A DNA stretch of 64,000 bases. Origin: a virus. Lineage: Duplodnaviria; Caudoviricetes. The notes beneath the pieces are model-generated. The model did not search any database and was not told the DNA's origin. It saw only the letters and a program-made list of their open reading frames with translations. Below, piece by piece: positions 56,301 through 64,000 of this stretch (within the stretch, counting starts at the first letter, position 1; every line of letters starts with the position of its first letter). The translations under genes were made by a program, and so were the position numbers. The stretch covers positions 1,627 to 65,626 of the IMG/VR virus record IMGVR_UViG_3300032050_000111. The stretch is one strand, 5' to 3'.

Positions 56301-56836
56301 ACACGTCCGAGCTTGCCAAGCTCATCGGCGGAACGGCCAACGTCTCGCCCATCGCCATCGAGCATCTTGTGCGGGGCTACACCGGTTCGACGGGCATCCT
56401 CGCCATGTCGCTGCTCAACCCGCTGCTGCGGCCTTTCTCAGCCCAGCAGATGGGCGAGCGGCCCGAGCGCCTGCTCAGCGAAGTGCCGATGCTGGGCACG
56501 CTCATCCAGCCCGCGTCCGGGCGCGGGCTGCTCAACGCGGCTTTTGATGACATCAACCGCATCCAGCGCGCTGCGCAGACGTACAACGAGATGATGCAAG
56601 CAGGGCGGGTAGAGGACGCCGCCGCGTTCGCCAATCGCTTCTCGCGAGAACTGGCGCTCACTTCCACGGGCGGTGCCTTCCGGCAGCAGATGGGCGAGCT
56701 TGCCGATCAGAAGCGGCAGATCGCCGCCAGCCCTGATCTCAGCGGCGCGCAGAAGCGAGCGCAGATCGATGACATTCGGCAGATAGAGATCATGCTTTCC
56801 CGCCAGATACGCGACTTGGTCAACGCGTCCGAGTGA
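53387..56836 (+). CDS. large polyvalent protein, C-terminal part (HExxH metallopeptidase, LPD38-like C-terminus)
   Basis: ETLLHEAVH..EFVSELLSN; NFTRRG..IPFFNAQVQGL..RVPIPFEFG..SPIAIEHLVRGYTG. Confidence 0.85.
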   Translation, partial: TATITLDRAFLSEETLLHEAVHPATLSVLSEAGAPKMSRRAFLQTTAAVAGATKLGKVPTSASEAVAEIKRLLSGADDRQDVAFSMLDRNAEDALREAADVAAQPAVKDFPWMESEFRDDFDWDYAINDYVESKGIDTAVKEFRQYADTINRFVEEAVSRYAPKDKQGEPAKTGITAEQRAARRELEKLYNEVKADPKFAKEYASTDLKEFVSELLSNADLRNKLDAREGLLKRIYNALLRLLGFDVPSTSQKATSAAYRLFQPAAPTSTTSKAIASVLRGVFPATKPVAAASVNAKAAEAISRVVGRNASLGDKITAFVGGLSLRQAVLDRWASVEHIIKQGIAKGKIDEARAMQLRVNMRLHDQTNQLFSAAMTRGGIKLNKEEDTRYVEAQGGANAIQLAQALRKAKLGNEQFTEQAFTTWMAALRADSMPDGYSKLNFGTDKEGKRLFDKSDGDAVKAMVASDPDTAAAFEEARNIYRQYNNDLVDLLADSGVIDGAKAKELKKGDFVPFYRISGDVLELDIGASRPVTIGNVIDQPYLRELVGGADKIMPVFSSMARNTSLLMQLSLRNLQAKDVANMLKEVGLAQIVPKALNQNGRVIRFKADGKELSAVLDPGAFQEQGLTPEMVVQGLQGVKTAIPAVVKAMSYPASLLRKTITRTPVYVVRQMIRDPLNAWMTTGGDLKPLKVAANGIRNMFSTKLNKTEEALSKAGVVSSHVFSNDPEDIARILQQVTAGGTNWNTAMAKLDGMAMKADAQTRAAVYDSFRNKGMTHVEALLSTLESMNFTRRGTSASMLWLSTIIPFFNAQVQGLDIFYRSLVGDVPYEQKMNARAKLLERGALMAGLTMAYALLMQDDESYKNATPEERAMNWFLPLPGGESIRVPIPFEFGLLFKSLPEALINTAFGDTRVSEAVRALGKQLTMSSPLALPTAINPVVELAANYSFFTDQPIQSAREMGLEPGERFRQNTSELAKLIGGTANVSPIAIEHLVRGYTGSTGILAMSLLNPLLRPFSAQQMGERPERLLSEVPMLGTLIQPASGRGLLNAAFDDINRIQRAAQTYNEMMQAGRVEDAAAFANRFSRELALTSTGGAFRQQMGELADQKRQIAASPDLSGAQKRAQIDDIRQIEIMLSRQIRDLVNASE

Positions 56837-57008
56837 ACAGCACGCCTAGCTTGCCGTCTTTGATGGCATACACTGTCGTGATGCGGTAGCGAAAGGGGAG
56901 CGCGGACAACAACCCGCGCTCCCTCACCCCTTTGAGGTCCAGACAGGGAACGAAAAGCGACTGCCCGACCTCAACGCGGTCCCACGGAAAGCGTACTTGA
57001 TGCTTCAT
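56820..57008 (-). CDS. small hypothetical protein
   Basis: FPWDRVEVGQSLFVPC..GVLFTR; related to 6518..6787. Confidence 0.7.
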   Translation of the reverse strand: MKHQVRFPWDRVEVGQSLFVPCLDLKGVRERGLLSALPFRYRITTVYAIKDGKLGVLFTRTR

Positions 57009-59988
57009 CGAGTTTGTCTTTCGGCACCGTCAAGTGCATCACTGACACGCGCATAGCCGGCCCATCGACTCGGGACAGCAAGTCTTTGCGTACACCGAAA
57101 CGCACATGAAAGCCATCGTGATGCATGGCTTTGAGCCCTCTTTTCAAATCGGCAAAGCCGAAGCTCATCGCGGCGCAGTGCTGACGCAGTAGCTGCTCTT
57201 CAACAAAAAAGTCAACGAGGTGTTCATGCACCATGCCGTGTTCTACGCGGCCCATGATGTTGTTCCTCGTAGAAGTCTTCCCTGTTATATCCGCGCCGAG
57301 ATCCGTCAACACACCGTCGCTGGTCCTGCGCACCACGACAAAGCGTCCGTGATGCTCGCGAATGAACGCGTTGAGCACGTCTTCCGCAGATCGTATTGCG
57401 CCCTTATACACGGCACGCGCGTTGTTCACCAACTCTTTGAGCGCCCCCAGCAAAGGCTTGAGCGGTACATCAAGCAGCTGCGCGAAGCGAGAGCCCAGAA
57501 GAACCGTGGCGGTAATGACGTTAGTGCACGCCGCGTGCCAGATCCGCTCTTCGTCCGTAAACTCGAAGTCGCGCCTAATGCGCACATGCACTTGACTCCA
57601 AAGCTCAGCGACCGTCTTGTAGTTCTGGACGCAGTAGCGAACCCACGCTTCGCCGGCCACGCCGTAGTTATTGCGCAGGTTCAGGAGGGTGCTGCGCTCC
57701 GCATCATCAAACTGAAGTTCTTTAACGGGCGTCCACTCAAGCATGCGCATAAGCTCGCCCTGCGATGAGTGCTTGCGACTGCCTGTGAGCAGGTCAGTCA
57801 TGTGGACATTCGATGTCAGCGTGCAAGTAGAAGACCATGTACTGTTGTTCAGACGCTCCTTGTTGGCGCTTGACTCCATGCGCTCCTTGCCCTGTCCCTC
57901 CGCGAAGTCAAAGATGAAAGCCGGCGCCCACTCCGCGTCGTTGCGGGCCTTGGAGGTGATTTCGTCGCTGAGCAGCGGCAGGCTGTTCAGCAGGCCCGCG
58001 CGCTGCTGCATGGCCACGGGGCTCGTACCTTTGCTTGTGCGATAACGGATCGGATGCCCCCACACGCCTGCTTTAAGCGACAGCGTCAGCGACTTGCCTG
58101 TGCCCGAAGCGGTCGATCCGATATGCCAGACAAAGCCCTCATGGTTTGAGAAGTGCATCAGCGTGGAGCCGAAGCTGTCTATGCACAGCGCCAGCATGGT
58201 CCACATCTCGCGATCTATCAGCAGATTCCAAGGCCGACGCCAGTCCTCCACCGTGCCCCGGCTCTGCGTGATGCGGTTCAAGTTCTCCAATCCTGGCATT
58301 GGCACGATGGTCTCTGTGCCATCTGCGCGGAACACGCGGTTGTTGTACACGAAGCTGCGGTCACGTTGCCACCCAAACTGCACCGGCACGTCGAGCGGCT
58401 TGCGCATAGCGGACGCTTCATTGACGCAAGCGCGAACATAACTGAAGAGATGCACGTCCATCGCAGCGCCTCTTGACGCATAGATGTTGTGCGCGGCTAG
58501 GCACTTTAACAGATCGTCTCTGGCTACAACGGCCTTAGTCGGCATGATGATGGAGATGTGCTCTTTGCTCTTGCCATCAACCGTAGGCTTTATCGCCATC
58601 AAGTGCACGCGGTGTTCGCCGTCTTCCATTTTGAGAAGGTCTACAACAAACAAGTCGTGCGACAACACCTCTACTTTGGTTTTGATCGTTACGCCTGTCG
58701 AATCCGTTTCCTTGAGTTCGACGTACACACCCCCGCGCTCTCCGTACAGATAGCCGCGAGGGGGCGCCGGGATTTCCACTTTGCGCGTTTGCAACAGGCC
58801 CGGGCCGTCGTCCTCCTCATCATCGATGGGGTCAAGCGGGGTATCTTCCCTCAGCGTGTTGGTCGGGATAACGACCTGTCGCGCCTCGACGTGCGTCTGC
58901 ACGTCACGGCCCAGCGCGAGCGCGTTGGTGATCGAGCCCCAGTGCGGGCACCCCGGGCACACGCCCGGGTTCTCGGAGTCCATCTTGGCGCACGGATAGG
59001 GGCCTTTGATCTCAGCCAGCTTGGCGTGCATCCGCTGCTCAGGGTACGGGTGCAGCGCTGTCAGCTTGCGCGTTGCTTCATCCGCGTCGGTGCACACCTT
59101 GGCCCATGACAGGAGCCCGCGCCAGAGCGGTTCCATGCCGTCTTCCTGCGCGTGTTCTTGGTAGTAGGCCAGCTGCCGGCATCCCTGCCCGCGCTCGCTC
59201 TTGAGCCAGATCGTTTCAAATGTCGAGGTGATGTTCCCCAGCAGCGCTTCCGCTGCTGCGCTACGCCGATGGGCCGCGCGCGTTGGCGCGGACCCCGCAA
59301 GCACCGCCACTTCGCTTGCAACGAAGTCGTTGCTCACGGGCGCGTAAGCCGCGCTGAGCTTGCTGCGCACGATGGCGCTGAAGCGCTTGAGGTCGACAGG
59401 CCCTGTGCCCTCGCGCAGCACCTTGACGGGGCGCGGTGTTTCGTACACGGCCTTGTAGTTGAAGGTGCCCGGTACGCGCAGGATGCGCGCAGCGTCAGCG
59501 GTGACCGTCATGTCGATCACAAACTTCTCTTGCAGGCACAGGCGCTTGAAGTTCTCCGCTACAGGCTTCCACGTCACGATGTCCGTGTCGTCTGCCAGCG
59601 GCCAATAGCAATGTAGCCCTCCACCGGAGGACACGATGTGGGGAAAGCCGAGTTCGTCCAGCCCTGTGTTCTCAAGAAACGCGTAAAGCGCCTCTCCCGC
59701 AGCGGCTTTTGTTTTGTACCCGTCAATGTCGATGAACAGCGCCTTGATTGCCTGCGCGTTCTTGACGGTGCGCCTTTCGCGTGAAAGCGTGGCTACGCTT
59801 GGGTCAAACGTAGAGAGTCCGAAGTAGATGTCGAACCGTTCTTGGTGCCAGCGCTTGATGTGCGGTACAAGTTCCTCAAGTGTAGGCTGAAACACATGCA
59901 GCTTTTTCGTGCCCTTTATCCCAACTGCGCAATACAGCCCGTTCCCGGGCGACGGCAGTACGTCGGCCATTAGCTCCAGAGCGCGCAT
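56971..59988 (-). CDS. primase-helicase (AEP/RepB-type primase, Cys cluster, DUF927 P-loop)
   Basis: FIDID, SSGGGLHCYW, RILRVPGT, PYPC..CPGCPH, GTGKS, LSDE. Confidence 0.9.
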   Translation of the reverse strand: MRALELMADVLPSPGNGLYCAVGIKGTKKLHVFQPTLEELVPHIKRWHQERFDIYFGLSTFDPSVATLSRERRTVKNAQAIKALFIDIDGYKTKAAAGEALYAFLENTGLDELGFPHIVSSGGGLHCYWPLADDTDIVTWKPVAENFKRLCLQEKFVIDMTVTADAARILRVPGTFNYKAVYETPRPVKVLREGTGPVDLKRFSAIVRSKLSAAYAPVSNDFVASEVAVLAGSAPTRAAHRRSAAAEALLGNITSTFETIWLKSERGQGCRQLAYYQEHAQEDGMEPLWRGLLSWAKVCTDADEATRKLTALHPYPEQRMHAKLAEIKGPYPCAKMDSENPGVCPGCPHWGSITNALALGRDVQTHVEARQVVIPTNTLREDTPLDPIDDEEDDGPGLLQTRKVEIPAPPRGYLYGERGGVYVELKETDSTGVTIKTKVEVLSHDLFVVDLLKMEDGEHRVHLMAIKPTVDGKSKEHISIIMPTKAVVARDDLLKCLAAHNIYASRGAAMDVHLFSYVRACVNEASAMRKPLDVPVQFGWQRDRSFVYNNRVFRADGTETIVPMPGLENLNRITQSRGTVEDWRRPWNLLIDREMWTMLALCIDSFGSTLMHFSNHEGFVWHIGSTASGTGKSLTLSLKAGVWGHPIRYRTSKGTSPVAMQQRAGLLNSLPLLSDEITSKARNDAEWAPAFIFDFAEGQGKERMESSANKERLNNSTWSSTCTLTSNVHMTDLLTGSRKHSSQGELMRMLEWTPVKELQFDDAERSTLLNLRNNYGVAGEAWVRYCVQNYKTVAELWSQVHVRIRRDFEFTDEERIWHAACTNVITATVLLGSRFAQLLDVPLKPLLGALKELVNNARAVYKGAIRSAEDVLNAFIREHHGRFVVVRRTSDGVLTDLGADITGKTSTRNNIMGRVEHGMVHEHLVDFFVEEQLLRQHCAAMSFGFADLKRGLKAMHHDGFHVRFGVRKDLLSRVDGPAMRVSVMHLTVPKDKLDEASSTLSVGPR

Positions 59989-60031
59989 TGTGTTTACCGT
60001 TCAGCATAGACCGTCACCTCACCCCGCCTGT

Positions 60032-60322
60032 TCAGCCTTTTTGCTGAAACTCTCGCAGACTGAATTCTGTGCATATTGCTCTCCAAGCGTCCTGTTGCGT
60101 TTTAGCAGCCTGCATGCAGCGCACGAGCCGCTCCACGGCTGCTTTGTTTCGGGGGGTTACGTCGTTGCCGTTCATCCAGTTGTACACCGTCTGACGCGTA
60201 GCGTGCGTGGCTTCGCAGAGCAGCGTGACCGGGATGTCGTGGTAGATGGCCCAGCGCCCGAGACGCACGCCCAAGCTCAAAGGCAGCGACTGTACCTTGT
60301 CGATGAAGTTCTGTCTGTACAT
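60032..60322 (-). CDS. Cro/XRE-like HTH protein
   Basis: VTLLCEATHATRQTVYNWMNG. Confidence 0.75.
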   Translation of the reverse strand: MYRQNFIDKVQSLPLSLGVRLGRWAIYHDIPVTLLCEATHATRQTVYNWMNGNDVTPRNKAAVERLVRCMQAAKTQQDAWRAICTEFSLREFQQKG

Positions 60323-60363
60323 GGGGTGTCGGGGCCCCGCGCACGGCGCGGCCCCTGCTCCTG

Positions 60364-61404
60364 TTACTCGTCGTCCCAGTCGGACAGAGCCTGCGCCAGT
60401 TCCGCTTTGGCGGGCGCAGCCGGCTTCGCTGCAGGCTTGCGCACCTCAGGCTCATCGGCATCGTCGTCTGCGGGCGCTGCAGCGGCCTTCTTCGCCTTGG
60501 GCGGGGGCGGCGGCGCATCCTCATCGTCTTCTACTGCGGGCGCGGGGGCCGGCGCCGCAGCGGCCTTCTTCGCCTTGGGCGGGGGCGGAGGCACGTCGTC
60601 TTCCACCTCAGGCTGCGGGGCCGGCGCAGGCGCCTTCTTGGCCTTGGGCGGGGCACCCTCCAGCTGCGCCGGCTGCGCCGGTTCCACGTTGTCGCGCTTG
60701 GCGACCGTCATGGTGACCGCCTTGGTCGCTTCCTCCGAGCCGGCCTGCGTCTCGATGGTGGCGTACTCATCGTCGGACAGCCAGCGCATCGCCTTGAAGA
60801 CTAGCTTGGGGTTGTCCGCCTCAAGGTCGAACTTCATCCGGGTGACGACCGTCTCCGGGTTGATGCGCTGCGCGGCCAGCCAGCGGGCGTACTCTTGCAG
60901 CGGGCGCTTGTCGCCCTTGGCTTCGCCAAAGAGGCTGGTGGCGGGCAGCGCAAGCTGCATCACCGCGCCTTCCATGTCGTTGGCGAGCACCACTGCGATC
61001 CGCTGCTGGTAACGGCAGGCGCGGCTGTTGCCCTGCCCAGAGCCCGCGACGTTCTTCGGGCACGCCGCACAGGTAGCCGCCTGCGGGTGTTCCGCTTCAG
61101 GGCTCGGCGTGTTGCCGTCCGCCGACCAGCAATCGGGCGCAGCAGCGGCATCGGAATCGTAGTTCTTGGCGTACCAGACGCGACCGACCTTGGGCGCCGC
61201 CTTGATGATCACCACGTCGAGGTAGCGCTCCTCGATGTTGGCGATCTCTTTGCCATTGTCCAGCAGACGGAACACACCGTTGGCGATGGAGATGCGCTTG
61301 CCGCCTGCACCACCACCCGCGAGCGCTTTGGCGGTCTCAGAGAGTTCGGCTTTGCGGGCGAAAGCGGGCACCTGCGAGGGGTTGAATTGAACGACTGCGT
61401 TCAT
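60364..61404 (-). CDS. putative ssDNA-binding/annealing protein
   Basis: PDCWS.DG..CAACPKN..SRAC core; PAK-rich linker; acidic-aromatic tail DWDDE. Confidence 0.7.
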   Translation of the reverse strand: MNAVVQFNPSQVPAFARKAELSETAKALAGGGAGGKRISIANGVFRLLDNGKEIANIEERYLDVVIIKAAPKVGRVWYAKNYDSDAAAAPDCWSADGNTPSPEAEHPQAATCAACPKNVAGSGQGNSRACRYQQRIAVVLANDMEGAVMQLALPATSLFGEAKGDKRPLQEYARWLAAQRINPETVVTRMKFDLEADNPKLVFKAMRWLSDDEYATIETQAGSEEATKAVTMTVAKRDNVEPAQPAQLEGAPPKAKKAPAPAPQPEVEDDVPPPPPKAKKAAAAPAPAPAVEDDEDAPPPPPKAKKAAAAPADDDADEPEVRKPAAKPAAPAKAELAQALSDWDDE

Positions 61405-61411
61405 GCTTGTC

Positions 61412-61828
61412 TCACTTGGAAGGTTTACGGACAGAGATAACGTACTCCGAGTTGCTGTTCAACCCGGGCGGTACGAGGGTGGGGTTCGCTTCAAGGAATT
61501 GGGCCATGTTCTTCTGGCTGATACGTTTCTCCACTAGGTCGAGTGCGTCGTGCTGCAACATGAACTGCTTGAACGCGTCCCAGTCCTGCGCATGGAAACG
61601 CGTCTGGGTGCCGAGAATGACAGTGCCGTGCGCCGTGTTGGCGCTCTTGACGCCCATGGCCAGCAACCTGTCCTTGAGTTCGTTACGCACAGCATCGCGC
61701 TGCGCGGTCAGCTGCGCGACCTCTTTGTCGTATTCAGCCGTCAGTTCTTGGATGCGCCCCTGTATCTTGCGATACACACGGGCGAGCTTGTCCAGCGGCA
61801 CTTCGTCCGCTTGCACTGCATCGGTCAT
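61412..61828 (-). CDS. conserved hypothetical replication-module protein
   Basis: SD CAGGAG; coiled coil followed by T.HGT..DWDAF..LVEKRI..PPGL. Confidence 0.8.
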   Translation of the reverse strand: MTDAVQADEVPLDKLARVYRKIQGRIQELTAEYDKEVAQLTAQRDAVRNELKDRLLAMGVKSANTAHGTVILGTQTRFHAQDWDAFKQFMLQHDALDLVEKRISQKNMAQFLEANPTLVPPGLNSNSEYVISVRKPSK

Positions 61829-61868
61829 TCTTCTCTCCTGAAGGGTCGGTAACGCCGACCGTTTTACA

Positions 61869-61896
61869 AGTCTAGTGTTTGTAAAGCGTTTGTCAA
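61869..61896 (-). promoter_or_regulatory. sigma70-like promoter with overlapping TTTACAA-N9-TTGTAAA palindrome
   Basis: TTGACA-16 nt-TAGACT. Confidence 0.6.
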
Positions 61897-63476
61897 GCGG
61901 CGGTCTGTTGCTTTTTCGCCCTAGCCTCTTCCTCGAACATAGCGACCAGCAGTGAGTGGTCACTCACTTTGCCAGCGAGCGCTTTGAACAGTCGCTCCTC
62001 GACGGGGCTGCTCTGGATGTGGATCACGCGCACCTTCTCGGCGTCTTGCCCCTTGCGGTCCGCCCGGGCGATGCACTGCAGATACTGCTCGACGCTCAGC
62101 AGCGGCCCGTAGAACACCACCGTGTCGGCAGCGGTCAGGGTGATGCCGTGCGCCGTGGCCTGCGGCTGCATGACGAGCACGCGCGTGTCAGGATTGCGCT
62201 GGAAGTCGTCAATGATCTGCCCGCGCTTGGCCGCGTTCACGCCGCCGTGAATCTGCGCGTGCTTGACGTTGCACTTCTCCAGATGCCGCGATATCGTGTC
62301 AATGCTGGACAGATACAGCGCGAAGATGATGACCTTGCGGTCGGTCTCTTCGATGACCTCTTGCAGCACACTCAGGCGTGGCGAAGAGTCGAACTCGATG
62401 ACTTCGCTGTTCTCGGAGTAGGCCGCACCGCAGCTGATCTGAAGGAGCTTGTTCAGCACAACGCCTGCGTTGGCGGCAGTGATGACTTCGCCCGCCGCCA
62501 TGACCAGCATCTGCTCTTTGAGGATCTTGTAGTACTTGGCCTGCTGCACTGACATTGGCACGTTGCGTGTCTCTGTCATGACAGGGGGCAGATCGAGGCA
62601 CTCCTTCTTCGTAAAGCGAATAGCCGGCTGGAGTACTTCATGCACCATGTCGCGAGCGTTGGGCTTAGGCACCCACTTGTACGTCGAGACCTTGTTCATG
62701 ACCTTGTCGCGCCACCCGGTGAGCAGCGTTGGCACGCCGCGCGGGTTGACCAGCTTAGCCATGCCGAAGGCGTCTACAGGTGACTGTGACGCGGGCGTGC
62801 CCGTCATCATCCACAAGTACGTCTCAGGCCGCAGAACAGATGCCAGCGCTTTCCAACGGTCCGTGTATGGGTTTTTGTAAGCGTTGGCTTCGTCAACGAT
62901 GACTAGGTCAAACCGTCCGTCATTGACTACTTCCTTGTTGATGATCTCCAGTCCGTCGTAGTTTGTGATGACTATCTCGTAGTCACTCTGGATCATCTCT
63001 ACGCGGCGCGCGGCCTTGCGATGGTGGGCCACGATGGCGCTGCGGTGAATGACGCTGTTGCTGATGTCGGCCAGCCACGCGCTGTGCATGATCGACACGG
63101 GGCAGAGCACGAGCACCCTGCGCACATCGCCGCGCAGCATCAAGTAATCCGCCGCCCACAGAGCGCTGAGCGTCTTGCCCGTCCCCGGCTCGTTGAAGCA
63201 GAAGCCCCTGCGGTGCAGCGTCAGGAAGCTCGCCGTCTCCCGCTGGTGCGCCATGGGGGTGTAGCGCCCGGGCCAGTTGTAGGAGCGCATGATGGGGCTG
63301 GGCGCAGCCTTCACGCCGAGATTGCGCAGCACGCGCATCTCATCCAGACCCCACGCCACAGCCACCGTGTAGCCACCGTTGGGCAGGCGCTCAACTACCT
63401 TGGAGCGCGGGATGACGGTGTACTTCTCCGGCGTGCGCGTGCGGATCAGCACGGCACGGTTGTCAACGATCTCCAT
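61893..63476 (-). CDS. SNF2-family (SF2) helicase
   Basis: PGTGKT, VIVDEA, MTGTP, HGITLT, QCIARADRKGQ. Confidence 0.93.
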   Translation of the reverse strand: MEIVDNRAVLIRTRTPEKYTVIPRSKVVERLPNGGYTVAVAWGLDEMRVLRNLGVKAAPSPIMRSYNWPGRYTPMAHQRETASFLTLHRRGFCFNEPGTGKTLSALWAADYLMLRGDVRRVLVLCPVSIMHSAWLADISNSVIHRSAIVAHHRKAARRVEMIQSDYEIVITNYDGLEIINKEVVNDGRFDLVIVDEANAYKNPYTDRWKALASVLRPETYLWMMTGTPASQSPVDAFGMAKLVNPRGVPTLLTGWRDKVMNKVSTYKWVPKPNARDMVHEVLQPAIRFTKKECLDLPPVMTETRNVPMSVQQAKYYKILKEQMLVMAAGEVITAANAGVVLNKLLQISCGAAYSENSEVIEFDSSPRLSVLQEVIEETDRKVIIFALYLSSIDTISRHLEKCNVKHAQIHGGVNAAKRGQIIDDFQRNPDTRVLVMQPQATAHGITLTAADTVVFYGPLLSVEQYLQCIARADRKGQDAEKVRVIHIQSSPVEERLFKALAGKVSDHSLLVAMFEEEARAKKQQTAA

Positions 63477-63477
63477 C

Positions 63478-63708
63478 TCAGCGCCCGTTGTCGGCGCGGT
63501 TGGCCTTACGGGCGCGTAGCCGCGTGTTGGCCATCGTGCTCTTGCCGCCGGCACGCAGCGGCTTTACGTGGTCGATGTCTTTGCCCGAGCGGTCGATGCC
63601 GGCCTTGTCGTACGCCCGTCGAGCGCGTTGGCGCTCGATCTGGTCTTCAGTCTCGCCGCTGGCCTTCTGCAGCGCGTACTTGTGTTTCCAATCACGCTTC
63701 TCAGGCAT
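63478..63708 (-). CDS. small HNH endonuclease-like protein
   Basis: GKDIDHVKPLRAGG..N.R..NRADN. Confidence 0.8.
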   Translation of the reverse strand: MPEKRDWKHKYALQKASGETEDQIERQRARRAYDKAGIDRSGKDIDHVKPLRAGGKSTMANTRLRARKANRADNGR

Positions 63709-64000
63709 TACCTACTCCTGTGATGTTGAGGGTGATGTTCGCATGAATCGACGGGGCACCAGCCGCACAGCGGCGACTGCCGTGGGTTCCATACGTTGCT
63801 GCTCTCGCACGCTAGGATACACGCGGTTCGTTCACGGTACAGCTGCCAATGCTTGTCCGCTTCTTCGCGGTGCATCTTCATCTTCACTAGGTCTTTCTTG
63901 AGCGTGAAGATAAGCGCCGACATGACTTTGCGGATGTGGGGGAAATGGGCGAACACGAGCAGCGACATCAACACAAGCTGGTCCCTGTCGGGGTACTTGT
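63708..64000 (-). CDS. PD-(D/E)XK (Cas4/RecB-like) exonuclease, C-terminal part (enters from window edge)
   Basis: KYPDRDQLVLMSL..WNP..SPLCGWCPVDSC. Confidence 0.8.
   Translation of the reverse strand, partial: KYPDRDQLVLMSLLVFAHFPHIRKVMSALIFTLKKDLVKMKMHREEADKHWQLYRERTACILACESSNVWNPRQSPLCGWCPVDSCEHHPQHHRSR

Noticed and set aside
47624-56836. N4-like virion RNA polymerase
   Set aside because: No RNA polymerase catalytic motifs were recognised; the motifs fit a polyvalent protein.
1-64000. Genome-wide TAG reassignment
   Set aside because: Several genes end in TAG directly before the next start; only one internal TAG was seen.
63708-64000. Cas4 as evidence of a CRISPR system
   Set aside because: Stand-alone Cas4-like exonucleases are normal in phage replication modules, and there is no array.

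Overview
The window is almost a whole ~65 kb, GC-rich tailed dsDNA phage genome. It looks podovirus-like: no tape-measure or sheath gene is recognisable, there is a P22-like portal/adaptor/stabilisation set, and it encodes very large internal (ejection) proteins. No integrase is seen. There are three blocks. (1) 1-15.9 kb, minus strand: early/accessory genes ending in VRR-NUC and a family A DNA polymerase that runs off the left edge. (2) 16.2-56.8 kb, plus strand: terminase, portal, GroES-like protein, scaffold, capsid, head-tail proteins, S74 tail fibre, glycosyltransferase, lysozyme and giant internal proteins. (3) 56.8-64 kb, minus strand: primase-helicase, HTH protein, SSB-like protein, SNF2 helicase, HNH and an exonuclease entering from the right edge. 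Most notable: eight GACA-N3-TGTC palindromes, seen only in early-gene leaders; one in-frame TAG inside the HExxH peptidase domain of a ~3070-aa polyvalent protein that also has an FtsK-gamma domain and a Tat-like motif; VRR-NUC reading in frame into PolA across a nested gene; a promoter-to-terminator antisense sRNA over the terS RBS; two candidate structured cis-RNAs; and a shared [MFYL]-x-x-G-G motif in many virion proteins. Family names come from motif recognition by eye, not database searches.
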